Assembly: GCA_964566535.1 (NCBI GenBank)
Contig: CAZMIO010000002.1
Coordinates: forward strand, 62,001-126,000
Direction of reading: 5' to 3'
Length of the DNA stretch: 64,000 nucleotides
Source: an uncultured Methanosarcinales archaeon
Lineage (GTDB): Archaea > Nanobdellota > Nanobdellia > Woesearchaeales > CAZOXR01
Shown: positions 1 through 9,061 of the stretch, piece after piece
Layout: each line of letters starts with the position of its first letter
How positions within the stretch are numbered: position 1 is the stretch's first letter
Notes under the pieces: model-generated
Database searches by the model: none
Told to the model about the DNA's origin: nothing
Seen by the model: only the letters and a program-made list of their open reading frames with translations
Translations under genes and position numbers: made by a program

Positions 1-764
1 AAGGCGACAACTTCTGGAATCCCATTATAGTCTATATTCTCTGCCACAATACCATGTTCAGCTCTTAACCTCAAAAGTACATTTTCAATAGATATATTGC
101 CTGCCCTCTCCCCTATCCCTGTAAATGTTCCAGAAATAATTTCAGCACCAGACAATACCCCTTGAATTGTATTCTCAGTTGCCAAACCTAAATCATTATG
201 ATAATGTAATCCAACCCTGTTTCCTGTTTCTCCAATAAATCTTCGAACAAAATCTCCTGATTCTTCAGGTTTCAATACTCCAATGGTATCACAAATAAAA
301 AAATAATCAATAAAAGATTGTAAATACCTTCCAAGCTGACTTAGATAACTAAAATCAGCCCTGGTTGAATCTTCACCTGCAAAATCTACATAAAGTCCAC
401 AAGATCTTGCATATTTTGCAACATCAATAGACCTTTCAAGAATTTCCTCCCTGCTCACCCCCCGACTATTAAGAAGAATATCAGAAACGCCATAGACTAA
501 CATTATTCTCTTAACATTATTCTCAACTGCTAAATCCACATACCTCTCATCAAGCATACTTAGTGGAGTTATAGGAATATTCTTTTGAGCTAATTTTTTA
601 ATTAAACCATCTTCCACTTCATGCACTCCTGACATTAAAACTATTTCTTGTATTCCAACTTCTTTAAACGCTTCAGCTAAACGGTCTTTTTGTGTGGTTG
701 TAAAAAAAACACCAACTTGCTGTTCTCCGTCCCTTATTGTATCATCATAAATTTTTATATTCAT
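1..764 (-). CDS. DRE-TIM metallolyase (LeuA/homocitrate/citramalate synthase family), 3' end outside window
   Basis: Not in ORF track; manual translation from ATG 764: MNIKIYDDTIRDGEQQVG...; later HYHNDLGLATENT and GIGERAGN motifs. Confidence 0.85.
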   Translation of the reverse strand, partial: MNIKIYDDTIRDGEQQVGVFFTTTQKDRLAEAFKEVGIQEIVLMSGVHEVEDGLIKKLAQKNIPITPLSMLDERYVDLAVENNVKRIMLVYGVSDILLNSRGVSREEILERSIDVAKYARSCGLYVDFAGEDSTRADFSYLSQLGRYLQSFIDYFFICDTIGVLKPEESGDFVRRFIGETGNRVGLHYHNDLGLATENTIQGVLSGAEIISGTFTGIGERAGNISIENVLLRLRAEHGIVAENIDYNGIPEVVA

Positions 765-774
765 TTTAATTCCT

Positions 775-2040
775 TCAGCCATTATCTCTTAATCTTCTCT
801 GAGCAAGATCAGTTTTTACCAAATAATCAAACTCATCTCCATCATCATATTGTCCTAATTCTTTTCTCAAAAGAAGGTTGGTTACCCTACCAGTCATATG
901 TCCTAACATTTGAGTAAGATCAGCCGTTACATATGGATCATCAGTTCCTAAAGAAACATATTCTACATCAGCACAATCTAGATCATCTGGAATAGTTCCT
1001 GCAATCACATAAATTTCCATACCTTGCTCTTTAGCTTTAGCAAGCGTATTTTGAACAGAAGAGCTCCCTAAATTATGAGCAAACAAAATCAATAAATCTC
1101 CTTCACTCGCTTTCTCTAATTGTTGAACAGATGCAAAACCCTTCATAACTCTATCATTAGCAGTTCCACCATAATCAGACATGGTTGGAGTAGAATAAAC
1201 AAACCTTTTTGGAGCATTTTCTATTTCATATACAGCATCCCAATTCAAATTATGTGCTGTATGCTCTGCAGAGATACTTGCTCCATCTCCCTCTGGACTT
1301 AAAACATAAACACCCTTACCAGCTAAAAAAGCATGTGTAACACTCTCACTTAACCCTAACAAATAAGCAGGAGACACTTTATCTAATCCAGATTGTAATT
1401 GTGACAAGTAATCAGCTTTAAATTCCTCAAACCCCTCACCACCAGTTGTTATTTTATAAGTAGAACACTCCATAGCTAAATGAAGCAAAACTTGCATAGC
1501 ATCTTCTCCCATTTGCTGATCAGGTAGTGTCACTATAGGAGTATGTCCGCTTCCAGATAATTTTCCTTCATCAGAACCTGTCAATGCAAAATAAGGTACC
1601 CCTTTGTCCCTACAATAATTAGCTGCATCAACTATATTTTCTGAGTTTCCACTTCCACTTAATAATATAGCAAGATCACTAGAATCCGCTCCCCCTCTTT
1701 CCAATACATTAACAAATATTGAATTATATCCAAAATATTCAGCATCGTGCTGTAATGAATGAACATCTCCCCCATTTTGTATTCTTATTCCAAATCTACC
1801 ATTTCTTAATCTATGTTCTAAAGAAAGTGTAAAGTGCCTCCCTATAGCATAGCTTCCCCCATTTCCAAAAGCATAGATAGTACTCTTTTGGTCATGTGAA
1901 AGAGTAGTAAGAATAGCATCAGCCAATTTATTAATTCCTTCATCTGGGATTGCAGAAGATATGGTAGATGTAACACTAGCCCCATAAATATCCATAAACC
2001 TACCAACTTGATCTTCCAAACTTTGAGTAGTTTCTATCAC
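775..2040 (-). CDS. Tandem SIS-domain protein (GmhA/phosphoheptose isomerase-like, duplicated)
   Basis: GNGGS, LSGSGNSENIV and LTGSDEGKL motifs in N-half; a second degenerate SIS repeat in C-half. Confidence 0.75.
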   Translation of the reverse strand: MIETTQSLEDQVGRFMDIYGASVTSTISSAIPDEGINKLADAILTTLSHDQKSTIYAFGNGGSYAIGRHFTLSLEHRLRNGRFGIRIQNGGDVHSLQHDAEYFGYNSIFVNVLERGGADSSDLAILLSGSGNSENIVDAANYCRDKGVPYFALTGSDEGKLSGSGHTPIVTLPDQQMGEDAMQVLLHLAMECSTYKITTGGEGFEEFKADYLSQLQSGLDKVSPAYLLGLSESVTHAFLAGKGVYVLSPEGDGASISAEHTAHNLNWDAVYEIENAPKRFVYSTPTMSDYGGTANDRVMKGFASVQQLEKASEGDLLILFAHNLGSSSVQNTLAKAKEQGMEIYVIAGTIPDDLDCADVEYVSLGTDDPYVTADLTQMLGHMTGRVTNLLLRKELGQYDDGDEFDYLVKTDLAQRRLRDNG

Positions 2041-2262
2041 TTTTCATTCCCCAATATTTCTATCCATATCTTCCATCTTAGGTAAGACCAAAGCAGCATG
2101 TCCTAAAGTTGAATTATTAGGCGGATAAAATACCTTTCCATCATATAAATTTATTAACGATGTCATAGTAGTAACATATTAAATACAGTATATCAATCTA
2201 TCTACTAAAATATCACTCAAAATGAAAATATTTATAAGTAAATCTGCATTAATGGTAATATA

Positions 2263-3237
2263 ATGAACAAATTAGACCTTATTGATAAAAAGATACTATA
2301 TGAACTAGATTTAAACAGCAGAATATCTTTCAAAGAACTTGGGAAAAAATTAAACATCGCAAAAGAAACAGCTTCATTTAGAGTAAAAAGATTAGTAAAA
2401 AATGGATATATCAAAAACTTCATAACAACAATACTCACCTCAAACCTAAACAGATTTTACTACAAACTTTTTTTTAAATTTCACAAAACAACCCCTGAAA
2501 TTGACAAAGAAATAATAGAGTTCATCAGAAATAACAAAACTACAGCATATTTGGCAAGTCTTGAAGGAAGATATGATGTTATTTTTTTAATATTATCTAA
2601 GGATATGAGAGACTTATACTCTTTTCTAGTCCCTTTTAGAGAAAAATTTGGAGAATATGTGTCAGAACAAGAAATATTAACAATGCCAGAAGTTCACAAA
2701 TTCAACTTTAGATTTTTTTATGAAAACGGAAAATTATTACACACAAAATACCCAGTAGAGTTGTCAGAACCAAAAATAGATAATCTGGATTATATCATAA
2801 TCAAAACATTAGCAAAAAATTCAAGAACTAATTTAATCGAAATTGCACAAATTACAAAGACAGAGACAAATGTAGTTAAATATAGAATAAAAAAACTAAA
2901 ACAAGCAAACATTATTGGTACTCATGTTTTAGATATTAACATTGAAAAATTTGGTTTACAACAATTCCAGATTAGTTACTCATTAAAAAACCTAACTTCA
3001 ATTAACAAAATTATAGAATTTGTTTCTCAAATTCCTCAATCGACTTTTGCAACCGTTACACTTGGTAAATATGACCTAGCAGTTGAATTTGCTGTAAAGA
3101 ATGGTAAAGAATTAAGAGAAATAATGAACAATATAAAAACTCAATTTGCAGATGAGATTAATGATCACGAAGTGTTCATCATGGAAGAACACAAAATAAA
3201 TTGGTTCCCTTTCGAACTGGAAAATAATAACCCATAA
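2263..3237 (+). CDS. Lrp/AsnC family transcriptional regulator with two HTH-RAM units
   Basis: LDLIDKKILYELDLNSRISFKELGKKL and IDNLDYIIIKTLAKNSRTNLIEIAQ HTHs, each followed by a GRYD/GKYD ligand-binding domain. Confidence 0.85.
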   Translation: MNKLDLIDKKILYELDLNSRISFKELGKKLNIAKETASFRVKRLVKNGYIKNFITTILTSNLNRFYYKLFFKFHKTTPEIDKEIIEFIRNNKTTAYLASLEGRYDVIFLILSKDMRDLYSFLVPFREKFGEYVSEQEILTMPEVHKFNFRFFYENGKLLHTKYPVELSEPKIDNLDYIIIKTLAKNSRTNLIEIAQITKTETNVVKYRIKKLKQANIIGTHVLDINIEKFGLQQFQISYSLKNLTSINKIIEFVSQIPQSTFATVTLGKYDLAVEFAVKNGKELREIMNNIKTQFADEINDHEVFIMEEHKINWFPFELENNNP

Positions 3238-3289
3238 ATCAACATATTTATATAACTAAAAAACAAATAAAACAAAAAAAGGTGATATA

Positions 3290-4282
3290 ATGAAAATTGC
3301 AATTAACGGTTTCGGAAGAATAGGAAGATTAGTTCTAAGAGCAGCTATCAGAGACCCAGAAATGGAAGTTGCAGCAATCAACGACCTAACAGACCCAGCA
3401 ACTCTTTCCCACTTATTAAGATACGACAGCGTACACGGCCCGTTCAACGGAACGCTAGAAGCAAGAAAAGACTCAATTATCATCAACGACATGAAAGTCC
3501 CAATCTTCGCAGAAACAAAACCAAATAAACTACCTTGGAAAAAACTAGATGTGGACCTAGTAATGGAATGTACCGGAAGATTTAGAGAATATAACCAAGC
3601 AAATCTCCACATTAAAGCAGGAGCAAAAAAAGTCCTATTAAGTGCACCAGCAAAAGGAACAAAACCAGTAAAAACAATCGTCATGGGAGTTAATGACCAC
3701 ACATACAAAGGAGAAAATATAGTTTCAAATGCTTCCTGCACAACAAACTGCTTCGCACCAATGGCAAAAATAATCAACGACAATTTCAAGATAAAAGACG
3801 GCATCATGACGACTGTCCATGGCTACACAGCAGACCAAAGATTAGTTGACGCCCCTCATAAAGACTTAAGAAGAGGAAAAGCAGCAGCACTAAACATTGT
3901 TCCAACAACAACAGGAGCCGCAAAAGCAATATGTCTCATAATCCCAGAATTAAACAACAAACTCATAGGCACAGCAGTACGTGTCCCAGTTCCAGATGGC
4001 AGCTTATGCCATTTCATAGCTGAAGTAAAGAAGAAAACAGACAGAGACAAAGTAAACCAAGCATTCAAAGACGCCTCAGAAGCCCACTTAGCTAACATCC
4101 TAGAATTCAGCACAGAATCACTAGTCTCAACGGATATCATAGGTAACCCACATTCATGCATCCTAGATTCATTATTAACAGAATGCATCGGCAACAATGT
4201 AGTCGTAGTTGGATGGTATGACAATGAATGGGGCTACTCAAGCAGGATGATAGATGTTGCTAAGTTAATAAGTAATCAGTAA
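3290..4282 (+). CDS. gap: Glyceraldehyde-3-phosphate dehydrogenase, class I (bacterial type)
   Basis: INGFGRIGR, SNASCTTNC, WYDNEWGYS; GGTGA SD upstream. Confidence 0.97.
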   Translation: MKIAINGFGRIGRLVLRAAIRDPEMEVAAINDLTDPATLSHLLRYDSVHGPFNGTLEARKDSIIINDMKVPIFAETKPNKLPWKKLDVDLVMECTGRFREYNQANLHIKAGAKKVLLSAPAKGTKPVKTIVMGVNDHTYKGENIVSNASCTTNCFAPMAKIINDNFKIKDGIMTTVHGYTADQRLVDAPHKDLRRGKAAALNIVPTTTGAAKAICLIIPELNNKLIGTAVRVPVPDGSLCHFIAEVKKKTDRDKVNQAFKDASEAHLANILEFSTESLVSTDIIGNPHSCILDSLLTECIGNNVVVVGWYDNEWGYSSRMIDVAKLISNQ

Positions 4283-4313
4283 GCTTATATACTATTTTTC
4301 ATTACATATTCCG

Positions 4314-4532
4314 ATGGAATCTCAAGAAAACCCATTAGAAATGGAGCCACTCACCACATTCTATATTAAAGGTAGAGAAACGATGTGGAGACCAGGTTGG
4401 GGAGGAGGCGAACCAGTCTACCGCGCTGCAGAAGACTACAGTCACATAAGTGTCAGAGAAGGCCAAAGAGTCTGCTGGGAATTAATGCAGGGAATGATGG
4501 ACCAAGTACACAAAGCTAACTATCAACATTAG
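4314..4532 (+). CDS. Hypothetical small protein
   Basis: 72-aa ORF filling an intergenic gap, TATA-like TTATATA ~30 nt upstream. Confidence 0.5.
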   Translation: MESQENPLEMEPLTTFYIKGRETMWRPGWGGGEPVYRAAEDYSHISVREGQRVCWELMQGMMDQVHKANYQH

Positions 4533-4587
4533 CTATAAACAATTTCTAAGAAAAAATAAAAAAAGAAATAAAAAATTAACTATTGAC

Positions 4588-4673
4588 TGTCAAAAACCAC
4601 TGTATTAATACATAATGTGGTTTTTGAACATGCTCAGAATTCCACCACTCTTAAGAATAGTGGAATTCCGACA
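4588..4673 (+). repeat. Dispersed palindromic structured repeat, short copy A
   Basis: TGTCAAAAACCAC...GTGGTTTTTGA-ACATGC-TCAGAATTCCAC...GTGGAATTCCGACA; homologous to 18712 and 62548. Confidence 0.85.
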
Positions 4674-4686
4674 TATAAACAAAGAA

Positions 4687-4878
4687 CTAAAAGCTTCTTC
4701 TTTTTCTATAGCATTCTCTGCAGTAAACTGGTTTGCCTTCTGTAGGTTTGAACGGAACTTCACAGTCTTGTCCACACTCAGAGCAATTAGCTTTGTGCAT
4801 TTCTCGCGGTCCAAATCCAGCACCGCCTTTTCCTCCACCAAATCCACCGTCTCCACCATCTCTATTAAAATCTCCCAT
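4687..4878 (-). CDS. CxxC-x17-CxxC zinc-ribbon protein with Gly-rich N-terminus
   Basis: PREMHKANCSECGQDCEVPFKPTEGKPVYCRECY; GGAGG SD upstream. Confidence 0.9.
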   Translation of the reverse strand: MGDFNRDGGDGGFGGGKGGAGFGPREMHKANCSECGQDCEVPFKPTEGKPVYCRECYRKRRSF

Positions 4879-4999
4879 TTTCGTTTCCTCCGATTAATAA
4901 CATAAAAGAAGTATTTCTCTAATATGCTTAATAACTATAGAAAACCTCTACCATTTATAAACCTTCTTGTTAAAAGCCACCTTACCAAATCAGGACACA

Positions 5000-5956
5000 T
5001 CAACCAATAGTAGTATACCTAGTATTTATAAAAATCCATTCCATAAACAACAATATTAAAGCAATTGTAATCAAAGGCCAAGTCATATTAAGTGATAATT
5101 TCCTATCATCTGAAGTAGCAATTTTATTATAAGCCTCAAACAATTTCTCTTTGCTTTCTGCCTTAAAATACTCACCACCAGAATTAAAAGCAATAAACTT
5201 CAATGTCTCTTCATCTAACCTAGACTTTAACTGTAACCCTAAAAACGAACCTCCCTCCTCCGTTCCAACTCCTATTGTGTATATAGTTATACCATTCTTA
5301 ACAGCATAATCAAGTCCTCTTTCTGGTCCTGCCCCAACATTACTTTGTCCATCCGTAAGCAAAATAATTGACTTATCCCTTTCTCCAAAGAATAAATTAG
5401 AAGCAGTCACAATTGCATTCCCTAAATCAGTTCCACCAGTTGAACTCACTCCAATATTCTCAATAGCCTTTCGTGCAAAATCTAATTCAATAGTCGGCTT
5501 CTGCTCAACAACTGAAATACCTGCAAAAGACACAACTCCAACATGCGCTCTTGACTCCAAACTATCAATAAAGAATATCCCTGCTTCCTTAGAAGCCTCA
5601 AGCCGATTAGGTGCAATATCATCCGCAAGCATAGACGCAGAAGCATCTAGGGCTATAACAAAATCAGAATCAGAACTAGCCCCAGTATACCATAAATTAG
5701 TATCAGATATTGCAAAAATTAGTGAAATAAGAACAACCAATCTTATGAACAATAAAGCAAGGTTCTTATTGGATACTGCCCCTTTAGTTGGCCTATATCC
5801 CTCTCCCCCGCCAGTTATTCGTGCAATAGCCTCAAAATTTGCAAATTTTAATGCCCTTCTCCTAATATGTCCTAAAGTGATAAAGTGAATAACTACGAGT
5901 ATAGGAACTGTTAACAAGAACCACAAATATACTGGCCGTGCAAAAGTAAGATACAT
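5000..5956 (-). CDS. vWA domain membrane protein (BatA-like)
   Basis: N-terminal BatA-type TM, MIDAS DASASM, LLTDGQ, C-terminal TM. Confidence 0.9.
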   Translation of the reverse strand: MYLTFARPVYLWFLLTVPILVVIHFITLGHIRRRALKFANFEAIARITGGGEGYRPTKGAVSNKNLALLFIRLVVLISLIFAISDTNLWYTGASSDSDFVIALDASASMLADDIAPNRLEASKEAGIFFIDSLESRAHVGVVSFAGISVVEQKPTIELDFARKAIENIGVSSTGGTDLGNAIVTASNLFFGERDKSIILLTDGQSNVGAGPERGLDYAVKNGITIYTIGVGTEEGGSFLGLQLKSRLDEETLKFIAFNSGGEYFKAESKEKLFEAYNKIATSDDRKLSLNMTWPLITIALILLFMEWIFINTRYTTIG

Positions 5957-5957
5957 T

Positions 5958-6845
5958 TTATTTTGCCTTCCTCCGTCTTCTAGTGAAAAAATTTACAAAA
6001 GCAGATTCAAACGGAGTGTCAGTCGATAAATTAATAAAATCACAATTCGAATTTAAAAACACCTTCTTAATCCTTTCCTCTTCCATCTTAACGTGCTTCT
6101 CATAACCGTCTTTTAGTAAAACAGGGTTAAAAACAATCTGCTTATTAGAATATGGATCAGTCACAAAAACGTTCGTATTGTCTGCAGGCAATACTCTATC
6201 CCTTGGATCCCTAACCATAACGCCTATCAGATCATATTTATGACCTGCAATCTTAAGGTATTTTTGCCAATCTCCTTTTAGACCGATAAAATCAGATACT
6301 ATCATCACTATTGCTCTTTCTTTTAAGAAACCTATTAAAAATTTAATAGCTTCCACTAAATCATATTTTCCCCCATATGAACCAGAATCAACTAAATTTT
6401 TTGACACAATATAAAACTGGTTTCTCCCATTATTAGGTGGAAATTTCTTCACAATCTTATCACTAAACAAAGCCATCCCAATTTTATCTCCTGCCTCTAA
6501 TATGATATGTGTCAATGACCCAACAATCTCAGCAGCATACTCATTCTTTAATTTATGTGTTGATCCAAACACCATACTTGCACTAACATCCACTAAAAAA
6601 AAGATGTTAAGATTTCTCTCTTCAATAAACTCCTTAACGATCAACTTATGTCCCCTTACACTAGCCTTCCAATCTATCAAAGAGGAATCGTCACTAAGTG
6701 AATAGTCCCTATAACCATCAAATTCAGCCCCCTTCCCCCTAAACACGCTCTTATACTGCCCAACCGCCCATGCTGAAACAACTCCACTAGTGATTATCTC
6801 TAACCTTTTAATTGCTGGTTTTAAATCAACTCTTAGTTTTGCCAT
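5958..6845 (-). CDS. DUF58 domain protein
   Basis: GKGAEFDGYRDY, IDWKAS, VDVSASM; lies between MoxR and vWA genes; ATG at 6845 preferred. Confidence 0.9.
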   Translation of the reverse strand: MAKLRVDLKPAIKRLEIITSGVVSAWAVGQYKSVFRGKGAEFDGYRDYSLSDDSSLIDWKASVRGHKLIVKEFIEERNLNIFFLVDVSASMVFGSTHKLKNEYAAEIVGSLTHIILEAGDKIGMALFSDKIVKKFPPNNGRNQFYIVSKNLVDSGSYGGKYDLVEAIKFLIGFLKERAIVMIVSDFIGLKGDWQKYLKIAGHKYDLIGVMVRDPRDRVLPADNTNVFVTDPYSNKQIVFNPVLLKDGYEKHVKMEEERIKKVFLNSNCDFINLSTDTPFESAFVNFFTRRRRKAK

Positions 6846-6866
6846 TGTCTGCACAAATTAGATATT

Positions 6867-7853
6867 TTACGGAACATGGACCCTAGAAAGAACCTCACTT
6901 ATGATATCATCCGTCTTTACCCCTTCTGCCTGCCCCTCATAATTCAGGATGATCCTATGCCTCAAAACAGAATACGCAATATTCTTTATGTGTTGAGGGG
7001 TTACAAAAGGACTCTCACGAAGAAGAGCTTCAGCTTTTGAAGCTATAAACAACCCAATAGTTGCCCTAGGAGAAGCCCCCCATTCAATATACCTTCCAAG
7101 CTTAACCCCATACTTCTTTGGATTCCTAGTACAATCAACAATCCTAACGATATACTTCCTAATGCTATCTTTCATATAAATTCTCTTAACAAACTCCTGC
7201 ATTTTAATTATTTCAAGAGGGTTTGTAGCTGCCTTAACATTAAAATCCTCAAATTTAGTTAATGTAAGATTATTATCCATCACCTTCTCTTCATCATCAA
7301 CCTTAGGATAACTCATAAATACCTTAAACAAAAACCTATCAATCTGTGCTTCAGGCAAAGGGTATGTCCCAGTTGTCTCAATTGGATTTTGAGTAGCCAT
7401 AACAAAAAAAGGTTCATCAAGTTTAAACGTCTTCCTTCCAATTGTAACTTGTTTCTCAGCCATTGCCTCTAAAAGAGCTGACTGTGTTTTAGCAGGAGCC
7501 CTATTTATCTCATCAGCAATCACAAAGTTTGCAAAAATTGGTCCCTTAACAATCGAAAACCCCCTCTTCTCATCATAAGTTGTTATTCCACTAATATCAG
7601 TAGGCAATAGATCTACTGTAAACTGAATCCTATTAAAGATACAACCAGTTGCATTTGCCAAAGTTCTGATAAGTAAAGTTTTTGCAACCCCAGGAACTCC
7701 TTCAACAAAAACATGACCATTAGCTAAAAGCCCCCTCAAAAGGCCATTAACAACATCCTCTTGTCCAACAATAACTTTAGAAACCTCATCCCTAATCTTA
7801 ACAATAGAATTATAATGTTTATGAAGCTCTTTTTTCGAAACCTTATCTGCCAT
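6867..7853 (-). CDS. MoxR family AAA+ ATPase
   Basis: GVPGVAKT, RIQFTVDLLPTD, ADEINRA, ATQNPIE, YPLPEAQIDRF; ATG 7853 preferred over GTG 7874. Confidence 0.95.
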   Translation of the reverse strand: MADKVSKKELHKHYNSIVKIRDEVSKVIVGQEDVVNGLLRGLLANGHVFVEGVPGVAKTLLIRTLANATGCIFNRIQFTVDLLPTDISGITTYDEKRGFSIVKGPIFANFVIADEINRAPAKTQSALLEAMAEKQVTIGRKTFKLDEPFFVMATQNPIETTGTYPLPEAQIDRFLFKVFMSYPKVDDEEKVMDNNLTLTKFEDFNVKAATNPLEIIKMQEFVKRIYMKDSIRKYIVRIVDCTRNPKKYGVKLGRYIEWGASPRATIGLFIASKAEALLRESPFVTPQHIKNIAYSVLRHRIILNYEGQAEGVKTDDIISEVLSRVHVP

Positions 7854-7975
7854 ACTAGTTTCATCAAAAAACACCTATAAATATGTTTTGTTTTCAATAA
7901 ACTACCCCATCTTACAAATACAATACTGAACAGTAGTTATAAGATTTTATATATTTTCAAAAGAAAGGCAACATC

Positions 7976-9046
7976 ATGTTATTCAGAAGAATATCATTCA
8001 CTTCATCCTTACTCCTCATTTTATCACTCATAATACCCTTCGCATCAGCACAAGAAGTAGTATTCCTAGGATATAGGATGTCTCTTTTATTATTGGCTCC
8101 ACTAATCCTTATCTTAATCTTTGTAATAATTTTCACAATCATCATACTAAGGGACTTTTTAAAAGATAGAATTACACCAACAAAAAAAGAACCAAAAAGG
8201 GAATCAAAAGAAACAGAACACGCATTACCTGAAGGAAAAAGAAAGGAAAAAGAACCAAGATTAGAAGAAAAGACAGAACCATCAATGCTTTACCTAAGCG
8301 AATTAAATAAGTTAAAGAAGAATCTAGAATCATTGCCTGCTCATGATGCATATGATAGATTAATGAAAATAATCAGAACTTTTTTCTCAGAACTTTTACA
8401 AATCCCTCCGGGATTCACTTTTGACGAACTAGAGCAGGAATTAAAAAAGAAACATAAGAACATTGTTTTCTTCTCAAAAAACTTATCAGAAATATGTTAT
8501 AACTCAGACGACATTTCAAAGGGGGAACTAAAAGAAATCCTTAATGAGTTTGAAAAGATAATAAAAACTATCCTAGACTCAGGAAACATCTCAACACCAG
8601 AACCAGTTAAATTCGAGAATAAACTAAATGAATTATTATACAAAACTAAACTGGTAAAACCAGACAAATACAAGCAAAAAATTGAAGATTTGCATGATTT
8701 AGAATTTGAAGAGAAATTAGCAGAAAAAGAAAGTAAAATAAAGAAAGTTAAGAAAGAATCAAAGAAAAGAAAAGAAATCATCAAAGAAGAACTAGAAATT
8801 AAAAGAAAAATTAATGCATTAGAAAGGAGAGAAAAAGAACTCGAAACCCCTCTCAAAACAGAGAAAAGAAGTATCAACCAATTACTCAGGGAAGGCAATA
8901 AAGCCATCAAAAACAACCTAGATAAGGCATTTGACATCTATGAGCAAATGTACTCTATTTATACCAATCTGCCAAAATCAAAACAAAAAAAGATTTACCC
9001 AAAAATAACTAAATTCTATAACAAGATAAAAAATAAAATAGAATAA
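7976..9046 (+). CDS. Hypothetical membrane-anchored protein with Lys/Glu-rich coiled coil
   Basis: Signal peptide plus TM, then charged helical region; divergent from the MoxR operon. Confidence 0.7.
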   Translation: MLFRRISFTSSLLLILSLIIPFASAQEVVFLGYRMSLLLLAPLILILIFVIIFTIIILRDFLKDRITPTKKEPKRESKETEHALPEGKRKEKEPRLEEKTEPSMLYLSELNKLKKNLESLPAHDAYDRLMKIIRTFFSELLQIPPGFTFDELEQELKKKHKNIVFFSKNLSEICYNSDDISKGELKEILNEFEKIIKTILDSGNISTPEPVKFENKLNELLYKTKLVKPDKYKQKIEDLHDLEFEEKLAEKESKIKKVKKESKKRKEIIKEELEIKRKINALERREKELETPLKTEKRSINQLLREGNKAIKNNLDKAFDIYEQMYSIYTNLPKSKQKKIYPKITKFYNKIKNKIE

Positions 9047-9061
9047 TTCAACCTAACAAAA

